Both the position numbers and the translations under genes were made by a program. A model generated the notes under the pieces. It was not told the origin of the DNA, did not search any database, and worked only from the letters and a program-made list of their open reading frames with translations. Shown here piece by piece: positions 22,613-32,672 of a stretch of DNA of 64,000 bases (position 1 is the first letter of the stretch; the number at the start of each line of letters is the position of its first letter). This stretch comes from TPA_inf: Saccharomyces (taxonomy: Eukaryota): assembly GCA_000146045.2 (NCBI GenBank), contig BK006945.2, forward strand, positions 1 through 64,000, in the 5' to 3' direction.

Positions 22613-22628
22613 TCACGTGAAAATGTGG
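22613..22628 (+). promoter_or_regulatory. Cbf1 site TCACGTGA directly abutting a Met31/32-like AAAATGTGG, between GTT2 and YLL058W
   Basis: 'tcacgtgaaaatgtgg'. This is a perfect palindromic CACGTG core with the T/A flanks preferred by Cbf1. Confidence 0.4.
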
Positions 22629-23568
22629 ATTCGCGAGTGGGGTGTAAGTGAGGATTGCCAAGCCTTTTGTTCGAAAACTTCTGCAGGAAGCGTTGTGTTG
22701 CAAGGATGATGCAGCATGAAATATGTGTTTTCTTTTTTTCGAGGTTCACTCCTACAGGTGATTCCTTCGAGAAATTCTGCAACCCATTGTGATATGATGC
22801 CTGGCCGAAAGATTTCTTCATTTCTTCGGAGCAGGTTCGGCCCGAAATCCTCATGATCGAGCCGAATGCCAAGAAGTAAAACACCAGGATGACTAACCAG
22901 TTATTATCATGTGTATACAGTACTTTGGTACCTTTATCAAGAAGTATACTAAAATATACCAACACCACACACATGCACATGGTAGCTGAGCGAACAGTTT
23001 CGAGATTTCAGCATTAATTTCATCTAATAAGACTTTCCGTCTGCTTTCAAGATCAACGTGCTGAACATTTTTACTCTGCTTTCATAATACTCCCATTTTA
23101 GGCTTTGATTCAAAAGCCCACTCAATGCAATACCTAAAATGATATCCTTCAAAGATATGTTTAATGAATATGCAGCCACAGCTTTGAATTCAGATTGACC
23201 TTGTGTTGCATTAAGTCAGACACCTCTAGATTTGTGTGGCTGCTCTCAAGAAAGGATGTTGAAGAAGATTTATTTACGGAAGAAATAACTGTATACGGCA
23301 TTTTATTCTTTCTTAAACGAGCAAATTAAAGAATAGACGGATAGAGACTGGAGCTTTAGCATGTGTTCCGAGAAGTCCTTGACACGCGCCACGGTTGTTA
23401 TGCCGCACACTACAATGATGTGTTTGAAAAAGTATATTAATGCCTATTGTCAAGATGCAATTCATCAATTCCAGCATTGAGTGATTCTTCTCTGGTGCGG
23501 TAAAACATAAATTTTAAATCTAGTACTCAACCACCACTGAACAACTATTAATCATCGTGGAAATTATT

Positions 23569-25296
23569 ATGACGGAAATTGAATTTGGGCAACCCCTTCC
23601 CAGCAATCTAGACTATGCTGTTTCTTTTGGCATTCCTACATGGGATTCGGCAATAGGCTATGCGGAAAAGGTGCCAGAGGTAATAGGCAAAATGGCTACA
23701 GGATATCCGAGGTACTTTCCTCAACCCCCCGTCCAGAGGCTTTGTGCTTACTTTGTTAAGAAATTTGGGCGAGGTTCAGAAAACTGTCGTCCTTTTCCAT
23801 CCGTTAACCTGGGTTTAAAGTGTTTCGAGTACGTAAAATCTGTCTCAGGACCTGAAAGTAAAGCTCACCTTGAAGTGGAAACAGTTACGATTAAAAACCG
23901 TGGGGCAAAAACGTCGAAAGAACCGGCGGAATTGGTGCTAACCATTGCTGCTGTCCTTGCATCGGAGGAAGAGTTCGAGACTGTGAAAGAGTATTGGAAA
24001 TTAAGAGGTGAATGTGTATCTAGTCGATTGGCGTTGTCTGTCAACCAACTTCTTGACTGCGCTAATCATGGCTCAGAGCAGGTATTGCGTGAGCTAGAGG
24101 CTGGTGTTTTTGCAGCAAAGAAGGGGGAGGAGAAAGCAAAGAACCTGATAAAGGGAAGGATAGTTGAGAATCGCTTCAGGCCCTTTGGTTTGGAGAAGAA
24201 AACCCCGAATTGGGAGGGACTCAACCTCAACCCAAATGAAGACGTTTATCTTGTATCAAGTGGCATGTCTGCAATATCTACGGCTCGTAATTTACTCACC
24301 TTTTGGGAGGAGAAGAAGAATTCAGGAGATTCATTAAACAAGACCACCTCTGACCAAAAGAAAAAGCCATTATTATGTGACACTGTTGGCATCTTCGGCT
24401 TCCCTTTCAAAGATACGCAGGTCATTATGACTAAATTTGGAAAATGTAAATTTTTTGGATTTGGAAATTCTAGAGACGTTGTCGAATTACAAAAGTTTTT
24501 AGAAACAAGCAAACAACGCATTCTTGCCGTTTTCGTCGAGACACCTTCAAATCCTCTGCTGAATATGCCGGATTTGAAAAAATTGAGGAGTTTGGCCGAC
24601 CAGTATGGCTTTTTTATTGTAATTGATGATACTATTGGGGGCCTTAACGTTGACATCTTGCCCTATGCTGATATAGTCAGCACGTCCCTGACTAAGCTTT
24701 TCAATGGTGCTAGTAATGTAATGGGCGGCTCTGTCGTTTTAAATCCGAAATCATCTCTGTATCCATATGCTCGTGAGTACTTCAGGAGCGCTAATTTCGA
24801 GGATTTGTTATGGTGTGAAGATGCGATAGTTTTAGAACGTAATTCCAGGGATTTTGAAGATAGAACTTTACGTGCTAATGCAAACACAGGAATATTGTTG
24901 AATGATTTGCTTTTACCCGAGGAGGGGAAAATATGCAAAAAGATTTATTATCCAACTGTTACTTCTAAGGAGACCTTTGAGAACTACGAAAGTGTACGTA
25001 ATGAACGTGGTGGCTATGGATGCTTGTTCTCTGTAGCCTTTTTCAATGAGGGCGATGCAAAAGCATTCTATGACTCTTTAAAGGTATTCAAGGGACCTTC
25101 TAATGGTACTAACTTTACCTTAGCATGTCCATATGTCCATCTGGCGCACCACTCAGAATTAGAAGAAGTTTCCAAGTTTGGGGCCGACCCCAACATTATT
25201 AGAGTAAGCGTAGGTTTAGAAGATATCCAGTGGTTATTGAAAGTTTTTTCAAGTGCTTTAGATGTTGTGAAAAGCAGAGGCTCCAAACACTCATGA
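23569..25296 (+). CDS. YLL058W: PLP-dependent cystathionine gamma-synthase-like protein (Cys/Met metabolism PLP enzyme family), 575 aa from the first ATG
   Basis: The track ORF starts at GTG (23557); the first ATG is at 23569. It has the family's TKLFNGASNVMGGSV PLP-lysine region. A paralogue of STR2/YML082W by memory. Confidence 0.8.
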   Translation: MTEIEFGQPLPSNLDYAVSFGIPTWDSAIGYAEKVPEVIGKMATGYPRYFPQPPVQRLCAYFVKKFGRGSENCRPFPSVNLGLKCFEYVKSVSGPESKAHLEVETVTIKNRGAKTSKEPAELVLTIAAVLASEEEFETVKEYWKLRGECVSSRLALSVNQLLDCANHGSEQVLRELEAGVFAAKKGEEKAKNLIKGRIVENRFRPFGLEKKTPNWEGLNLNPNEDVYLVSSGMSAISTARNLLTFWEEKKNSGDSLNKTTSDQKKKPLLCDTVGIFGFPFKDTQVIMTKFGKCKFFGFGNSRDVVELQKFLETSKQRILAVFVETPSNPLLNMPDLKKLRSLADQYGFFIVIDDTIGGLNVDILPYADIVSTSLTKLFNGASNVMGGSVVLNPKSSLYPYAREYFRSANFEDLLWCEDAIVLERNSRDFEDRTLRANANTGILLNDLLLPEEGKICKKIYYPTVTSKETFENYESVRNERGGYGCLFSVAFFNEGDAKAFYDSLKVFKGPSNGTNFTLACPYVHLAHHSELEEVSKFGADPNIIRVSVGLEDIQWLLKVFSSALDVVKSRGSKHS

Positions 25297-25755
25297 AGCA
25301 GATCATGAGTAGAATATCAAAAATCAAGAATTCTTTATAATCTTTATAGAATATTGTTTATAAAAGTTTTTTTCCATTCTAGCATATAATTTTTTTGGAG
25401 GAAGTCTTTTCTGGAACCTTCACATGGATCTTAATTAATGAAAGTAGACAGAGCTCATAAGATCACTAGTTGTTTATAAACTGAAGATGTTCCTTCTTAT
25501 TGACTTCAACATTATATCGCTCTGAATTAGTTGATCTGTAACTTCAGAGTTTCTTTACCAGAATAAAAGCGTCACAGTTTTTCTTTAGTTTATATGTACA
25601 CAGGTTGGGGTTTACTATAAACTATAAAAAAGAAGTGTTGTCGCCGCTATTTTAAGGTTTATACACAATTTTAACCAAAAAAAAGAATAAGTTGAGCAAC
25701 GTTGGAACTGCCTCTGCAACGAATTCCGGCTATATACAACCTGCATCTTTGAAAT

Positions 25756-26994
25756 TCAAATATCCAAAGTTAATGAAGAAGGATAATAATTTTCATCATT
25801 CAAAAACTTTAGATCTTCCACGGGCCTTTCCGCTTGTGGAGTAATCCTGAACGCATGTCTGTGAATTGGTTCTTCCCAATCAATCACTGCTGAATGTTGA
25901 ACTCTGCGGTTATCCCAAATGACGACGGAATGAGGTTCCCATTTGGCTCTTAACTGTAAATCATGGCTGCTCTCCACTAGATTGTACAAGAAATTCAAAA
26001 GTGATTCAGATTCTTGTCTTTTCAATTCGACTATTTTCCTAGAAAATGCACGATTGACATACAAGCATTTCTTTTTCAAGACAGGATGAACTCTGACCAG
26101 TGGATGAATATGCGTGACAGGTGCTCTTCTTTTTATGCCGCCCTGGCGCTGTGAATTCTCTGCCTGTTCCTTTGAGCTATGGATGACATGAAGCGTGCTC
26201 AAGAAATCTTGCAAAGGCTTCGACAACCTGTCGAAAGCCTCGATCGTATCCGCAAATAACGTATCTCCACCACCATCAGGACCTTCAACAACACTAAAGA
26301 AAGTATAAGAAGGTGGCTGTAACTCGTAAGAGACGTCTGTGTGCCAGCCACCAGATGATGTCGAGTCATCAAAAACTCTTGCAAATTCTTCCGCATCAGG
26401 TCTTCGGAAAGTGATATGCAGCTCAGGATTGTTTTGAGGGTGGCCACTAGTTTGATGAATGTGCAACTTGCCAAAATGTCTTCCGTATTCAGTCACATAA
26501 TCGGGTCCCTCGTCAGCAAAATTCTGATTTCTAAAGACAACTACTCCCTTTTGGGCGACAAGCAAAGCGAGTTCATCTTTTGCAGCATCAGAAAGATCAG
26601 TTAGCTGGATCCCATTGATCTCGAGACCTAATTTCGGGGTGATCTTCTTCACCTTTAGTTGACCAACGTTTTCTTTTGCAAAAAGGTTTGAAAAGTTACC
26701 GTCAGCTCTCAAAGCAGGATCATGGTATTCGTGAAATTCCAGCGGGCCATACTTTTCAGTAGGATCCCATGTAGGCAAATAATCTGGATACTTCGATTTC
26801 TCTCTATAAGATTTACGGATTTTCAATAAACCAGATGGAGAGACCTCATCTTGGCCATCATAAAAATGGGTATCAAAATTCCCGTAACCTTGCTTGGAGG
26901 TATAATTCAGGTTTTTCAACCCATTTGTAATGATTTTGACTGGTAAATCGGTAGATGGAAGAGGGATTGCTGTTTGAGCTGCTGCAGGAGACAT
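25756..26994 (-). CDS. JLP1: Fe(II)/2-oxoglutarate-dependent sulfonate dioxygenase (TauD family), 412 aa
   Basis: TauD-like translation (HxD...H motif context 'GGWHTDVSYE'). ATG verified at 26992..26994. Confidence 0.8.
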   Translation of the reverse strand: MSPAAAQTAIPLPSTDLPVKIITNGLKNLNYTSKQGYGNFDTHFYDGQDEVSPSGLLKIRKSYREKSKYPDYLPTWDPTEKYGPLEFHEYHDPALRADGNFSNLFAKENVGQLKVKKITPKLGLEINGIQLTDLSDAAKDELALLVAQKGVVVFRNQNFADEGPDYVTEYGRHFGKLHIHQTSGHPQNNPELHITFRRPDAEEFARVFDDSTSSGGWHTDVSYELQPPSYTFFSVVEGPDGGGDTLFADTIEAFDRLSKPLQDFLSTLHVIHSSKEQAENSQRQGGIKRRAPVTHIHPLVRVHPVLKKKCLYVNRAFSRKIVELKRQESESLLNFLYNLVESSHDLQLRAKWEPHSVVIWDNRRVQHSAVIDWEEPIHRHAFRITPQAERPVEDLKFLNDENYYPSSLTLDI

Positions 26995-27408
26995 ATTTTA
27001 ACTGGGTTACTGTGCTATGTTTGTACAAGTATGAAAGGGCCGATTATACAGCAATAGTACACCTTTTTATATGTTTCTGTCATCAAGAACTGTTACTGAC
27101 TCCTTAACTTTTCCAGCATTCTTGTTGTATTGCCTACATACCTTCTTTATGTTAGTAGTATGATAAATAAACTCCATGTGCCCTGTGGCGCCAAATAAGA
27201 AATCGACTCAAGCCACATTGAGGCTTTTGTCATCATTCCCCTATATACTAATATAGCACCTTTCCAAGGGCCAAGAGCTCGTCCAATGAGACGCATGAGT
27301 TGGGTATTTTAAGCTGCACAGTAGACTATATAGATAAAGCTAACTAGTATGTAAAAAACGTTACATGCTATGGCGCTCTTAGAAAAAACGCATAATATAA
27401 GCTTCAAG

Positions 27409-28305
27409 TCAGTTTAAGCTATAGTTCGCACGGATATCTTCAAGAAGACCGATTTGTTGTGGCTGCCATCCCAGCTCTTTTCTGGTACCTTCGCTTGAAA
27501 CTGGGCCATCTCTAGTGACAAAACAAGTGAGGAAGCCAAAATGACTTTCCGCGTCATCAACAGGGATAGAGGCCACGGGAACATTCAAAATTTCTCCAAT
27601 CACACGCGCAATATCTTTGAATGGTATACCTTGTTCACCAACGCAATGATACACTTGTCCTGTTTTTCCTTTCTCTAAAACAAGTCTGAACAGAGGAGCC
27701 GTATCCAAACGATGTACAGCCGCCCAAGCGTTTGTGCCTTGTCCGACATAGCCAGATTTTCCGGCAGCTTTGGCAATATTCATTAATATTGGTACAAAAG
27801 CCTTGTCCCCCTTGCCATGAACCGAGAATGGGAGTCTGACAATTCTTGCTGAAACACCTTTGTCTTTGTAACTCAAGGCAACCTGTTCAGTGACAGCACG
27901 CAAAATTTTGGAATCTTCATCAATACCATCCTGTTCGTTAGCAACTTTGTTTGGTCGCAAAGAAAGTGTACCATTCGTATATAAGAAAGGCTTGTTAGAA
28001 CCTTTAAGTGACTCTAGCATAGCTACAGTGGCCTGACGGTCAATTTCGCAGCACTGTTCAAAATTTTTAAAATCATGCACAAATCCTAAATGAATAACGC
28101 CATCAGATTCAGTGGCACCTTTTTTCAAAATTTCCAGATCCTTGAGATCACCGCGAAGGATTTTTGCAGCAGGATCAATCGACTTAATCTTTGCAGCAGC
28201 CTCGTCTGACCTTGCCAAGCCAACAACTTCATGACCCGAGGATATTAGTTCAGATAATACGGCAGAACCAATGAAGCCAGAAGCACCAGTTATAAATACT
28301 TTCAT
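27409..28305 (-). CDS. YLL056C: NAD(P)-dependent epimerase/dehydratase (short-chain dehydrogenase) family protein, 298 aa
   Basis: N-terminal Rossmann motif MKVFITGASGFIGSAV. ATG at 28303..28305. Confidence 0.75.
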   Translation of the reverse strand: MKVFITGASGFIGSAVLSELISSGHEVVGLARSDEAAAKIKSIDPAAKILRGDLKDLEILKKGATESDGVIHLGFVHDFKNFEQCCEIDRQATVAMLESLKGSNKPFLYTNGTLSLRPNKVANEQDGIDEDSKILRAVTEQVALSYKDKGVSARIVRLPFSVHGKGDKAFVPILMNIAKAAGKSGYVGQGTNAWAAVHRLDTAPLFRLVLEKGKTGQVYHCVGEQGIPFKDIARVIGEILNVPVASIPVDDAESHFGFLTCFVTRDGPVSSEGTRKELGWQPQQIGLLEDIRANYSLN

Positions 28306-29353
28306 TTTTTGATCTCTTTTTTATTTTCTTTTGTAAAAGTTGAGTTATCACGCCTTAGCGCTTATGAATACAAGAGTGATTGTAAGCATAGTTGATAGAA
28401 GCGGGAGCCGTTATTTATACGTTAGTTGAGTACTTGAGGGTCTTCATCGCCTACTTTTTTTCCTTAATATCCTTGTGTTAGTAATCATATCTTCAGGAAA
28501 GCCAAGAACTAATGGCAAATTAAATCCGCGGCTTTCCCTTTAAACTTTTTCCAGCACAATCTATTATGTTGAGAAGTTCCGCTAATTTCCGCATTGGAAA
28601 AAGAATCTCATCTGCAAAAACGATGGTTTCTTTCTTCCACGGAAGACTTATGTCCGTCCTCTCTATTTTCATATTGTTCTTTCTCTCTCTTTTTGCATAA
28701 CGTCACAATACCCTAGTGCTACCGTCATTGGCGCAGCATAAGAGTATTGCATTTCATGTCTTCAGATTTTGCCTCGCGAAAGAGAAAACACTAAGAGGTG
28801 AAAAACAATAAAATTATGTTCCAGTGTGTCATACGTGAGGTTTTATCACGGGGCCACCGTTCTCATTGGTTACTTGGTTGTAAATGCTTTGCGTTGTGAT
28901 AAATATATGGCATGAAAAATCATATGACTTCAAAAATGAACAGATTCCAGATGCCAAGCCCGCTTTCCTTCGGCTAACTAGATGCGCGCTCGCCCTTGAA
29001 ATCCTTAATCAGCACAACTCAATTGTATGGACGTGAGCTCTGACTTTTGCTTCCGACAATTAGGCCTTTCATATCTGTCCTTCTGAGATGTTATGTATCA
29101 TGCATTTTGTATACACTATGCAACACCCTTCGCAATGGCGAAAGCGGAAAGTCATGGCACCATCAATCGTGCTCTGACCAGTATGTAAAAAATTTCTTAA
29201 GCCTCACCATGTTACAGATTGGCCAGAGCATCTGGATATTCACCACACCTGATTGGGAAGACTCATAGTTTTATGAAAGATTTCTTCAGAAAAAATGACA
29301 TGCTGATTTTGTCTACTTGCGTGTGCTTTCAGTTCTTTACCAGTACGATTTGG

Positions 29354-29361
29354 TCACGTGA
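29354..29361 (+). promoter_or_regulatory. Cbf1 site TCACGTGA in the YLL056C-YCT1 divergent intergenic region. A Met31/32-like AAATTGTGGC lies at 29419..29428.
   Basis: 'ggtcacgtgacacgcg' and 'aaattgtggc', about 750 bp upstream of YCT1. Confidence 0.4.
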
Positions 29362-30108
29362 CACGCGATCAACTACATTCAATCCATCTGCCCCTTGCTG
29401 GTTCCGAGTATCAATTCTAAATTGTGGCTACCACTATAGCAATAGTACGCCAAGCTCGGATGCAAATCACGGATATCTTCTTAGCATCCGAGTTCAACAT
29501 CCGAGTTCAGCATCCGAGCTTTGCGGCGAAAACTTAACAAGATAACGGATAATCAAAGTTCTCTGTGATGTTACGGAGTCTTTGGTCTGCGCTGCTGACT
29601 AAAATAGTGTGACACAACGTACATAGCGCCACCCATATTGGCCGATAAGGACCAGACTTGTGGCGATGACTGTTAACTCTCCGCGAATCTTTTTCGAAGT
29701 CGCAGGTGGCATTGCAGAAACAAAAATGTGTGGCTTCTGAAAAAAAAAATAGGCACCCCATTTGATGTAAGACATCTGGCTACCCCTTGTACATTTCAGT
29801 CACTGAGCATCGAAGGCACGTCTTTGCAGCATGCAATAGTGTTCGAAGTTCTTCCATTTACGGTGGCTCCCCTCACTGGAACGGTGATGTAATATGTAGA
29901 TAGCTAAAACATTTCGCAGGTCCCTAGGAACTGGACGTCAAGATGAATAGGTATTGTTAAAAATGCGTACCTGTTGAATTGAAGAGGTCGGAAAAATCAA
30001 AGTACTTAAACAGACGATTGATTCGACATTTAGCTATTCAGGTTGCACTTCTTGAAGGTTGAACAAAACATCAAGAGAAAATAAAAAAGAAAATATAACA
30101 AAAAAGAA

Positions 30109-31704
30109 ATGTCAAAAGTTGACGTAAAAATTGGAGCAGACTCGATCTCCTCTTCTGATGAAATCCTAGTTCCTTCGAGACTCGCTGATGTTACGCTAGC
30201 ATTCATGGAGGAGAATGACGCAGCAGTTCCAGAAATCACGCCTGAACAAGAAAAAAAATTAAAGAGAAAGCTTTTTCTCACAATATTCACCTTTGTCTCT
30301 GCCATTAACCTTTTACTTTACATGGACAAAGCCACTTTATCCTATGATTCGATTCTAGGCTTCTTTGAAGATACAGGTCTTACCCAAAATACTTACAATA
30401 CTGTAAATACGCTGTTTTACGTTGGTTTTGCAATCGGCCAATTTCCTGGACAATACTTGGCTCAAAAGTTACCACTTGGGAAATTCTTGGGTGGGTTGTT
30501 GGCCACATGGACTATACTTATTTTCCTAAGTTGTACCGCATACAACTTTTCCGGTGTCGTTGCGTTGAGATTTTTCTTGGGGCTAACAGAGAGTGTTGTT
30601 ATCCCGATATTAATTACCACTATGGGTATGTTCTTCGATGCTTCAGAAAGAGCTGCTGCTCAGCCATTTTTCTTTGCAGCATGTATGGGGTCTCCAATTC
30701 CAACTGGGTTTATTGCTTATGGTGTTCTTCATATAACAAATCCCAGCATTTCGTTATGGAAAATATTCACTATCATCATTGGTGGTTTGACTTTTATCAT
30801 GACGGTTGTTGTAATTCTGTGGTTTCCTAATAATCCTGCTGATGTGAAATTCTTTTCAATACAAGAAAGGGTATGGATTATCAGGAGAGTTCAGGCATCC
30901 ACAGGCTCTTCCATTGAACAAAAAGTCTTCAAAAAGAGTCAATTCAGAGAGGCAATGAAAGATTATATAACCTGGTTATTTGGATTGTTTTTTCTTCTTC
31001 AACAGTTAGCCAACAATCTGCCCTATCAACAGAACCTGCTATTTGAAGGAATGGGTGGAGTTGATGCTCTAGGTTCGACATTGGTATCAGTTGCCGGTGC
31101 TGGTTTCGCCGTCGTTTGTGCCTTCATCGCTACGTTGATGTTAGCAAAATGGAAAAATATTTCAGCTTTAACAGCCATCTTTTGGACTTTACCAGCATTG
31201 GTGGGATCCATCGCTGCAGCTGCTTTACCATGGGACAATAAGATTGGTATCTTAGCAAATATCTGTATGGCAGGACAAATATTTGGTATTCCTTTTATTA
31301 TAGCTCTTAGCTGGGCAAGTTCAAGTGCATCTGGGTACACCAAAAAACTCACAAGAAGTTCGGTGTCCTTATTTGCGATGGGAATTGCTAATATCATATC
31401 ACCACAAATATGGAGAGAGAAGGACTCTCCTCGCTTTTTACCTGCCTGGATTGTTCAAATCGTTTTATCATTCTCTCTTGCACCAGCCATTTTGTTACTG
31501 ATCCATTTCATACTAAAAAGAAGGAATAATCAAAGACTAAAAAATTATGACGAAAATTTACAAAATTATTTGGACAGAATTCAACTCATTGAAAGCGAAA
31601 ATCCTTCTTCCATTGAAGAAGGGAAAGTGGTAACCCACGAGAACAATTTGGCAGTCTTTGATTTGACTGATTTAGAAAACGAAACTTTTATATATCCTTT
31701 GTAA
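30109..31704 (+). CDS. YCT1: High-affinity cysteine transporter, MFS (Dal5 allantoate-permease subfamily), 531 aa
   Basis: Multi-TM MFS translation. ATG at 30109. Position matches YLL055W. Confidence 0.8.
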   Translation: MSKVDVKIGADSISSSDEILVPSRLADVTLAFMEENDAAVPEITPEQEKKLKRKLFLTIFTFVSAINLLLYMDKATLSYDSILGFFEDTGLTQNTYNTVNTLFYVGFAIGQFPGQYLAQKLPLGKFLGGLLATWTILIFLSCTAYNFSGVVALRFFLGLTESVVIPILITTMGMFFDASERAAAQPFFFAACMGSPIPTGFIAYGVLHITNPSISLWKIFTIIIGGLTFIMTVVVILWFPNNPADVKFFSIQERVWIIRRVQASTGSSIEQKVFKKSQFREAMKDYITWLFGLFFLLQQLANNLPYQQNLLFEGMGGVDALGSTLVSVAGAGFAVVCAFIATLMLAKWKNISALTAIFWTLPALVGSIAAAALPWDNKIGILANICMAGQIFGIPFIIALSWASSSASGYTKKLTRSSVSLFAMGIANIISPQIWREKDSPRFLPAWIVQIVLSFSLAPAILLLIHFILKRRNNQRLKNYDENLQNYLDRIQLIESENPSSIEEGKVVTHENNLAVFDLTDLENETFIYPL

Positions 31705-32672
31705 ATATTGATGTTTTGTTGTGTAAATGTTCTATCTGACACTTAATAATTAGAAAATTAATTTTTTAAACTTTCCGGCTGCAAGAAAGAGGAACTGTGT
31801 CTCTTTGAAAGGCACAATTTCCCAAAGAATCATTTACAATGGTAAATAGCTTACTGCTTAGAAAATAATAGATAATTGAATAAATTTATAGAGGAATTTC
31901 TTGACAATTTCTTCAAAACAGCCGGTAAAAGTCCATTAAAGATTAGTTTTTCTTAAATAAATCACCTAAACTTTCAAATTTAGCATAAAAAACATGTAGA
32001 TATTTGTTCTCTGTACTTTATAATCTAACATTTTATAAGACAGAGACTAGTAACCCCTCTAGCCTGTGGTTAAAATACGCAAAACCTTTGAACCCTCAAT
32101 ATTTTTGCCATAATAATGACAACTATATTGTACCCATTTGTTCTTGAGTTGTCCGTATGGATGGAAAGCAGCACTCGAGTTTGCTGAAATTACATACCTC
32201 GGTATGCAATATGCCCAGAAAATTTGTAAATGATAATTTACATAACAATTCAAAACATATTGATGTTTTTCGTGGGTAACCATAGTTCTTGGAATGTCAA
32301 CTGAGGGTATTTGCACTTCAAAAAAAAAAATTTATTAAATGAGACTATATACAGTGAGCACAACCTGTCTAATACAACGGCAAAAATTATATACATTGGT
32401 AGATTTTCAAAATTGAACTCTTTGTGCTAAAGAATTGTCACAACAGTTTAAAAAATAGTTTGAATTCTTCAAATTGACCCCATATTAATAAGACCTGATG
32501 CGATTCCGGTCTCACCCAGATTAGAGAGGGAATTTAATTTTCTTAGGACCGTAGCTACCAAAAATCTTTGTGTGGTATTGATTATATGATCGTGCTTGCG
32601 AAAAAAATAGAAGACTAAAAGTAGCATTAGTTTACTAACTTTCTCCTCGTATCTTTCAAATTTGTATTCCCC

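Noticed and set aside
22474-22980. 168-aa minus-strand ORF (YLL059C-like) between GTT2 and YLL058W
   Set aside because: It overlaps the Cbf1/Met31-like promoter element. It has a hydrophobic, low-complexity N-terminus and no recognisable domain. It is better interpreted as intergenic/promoter.
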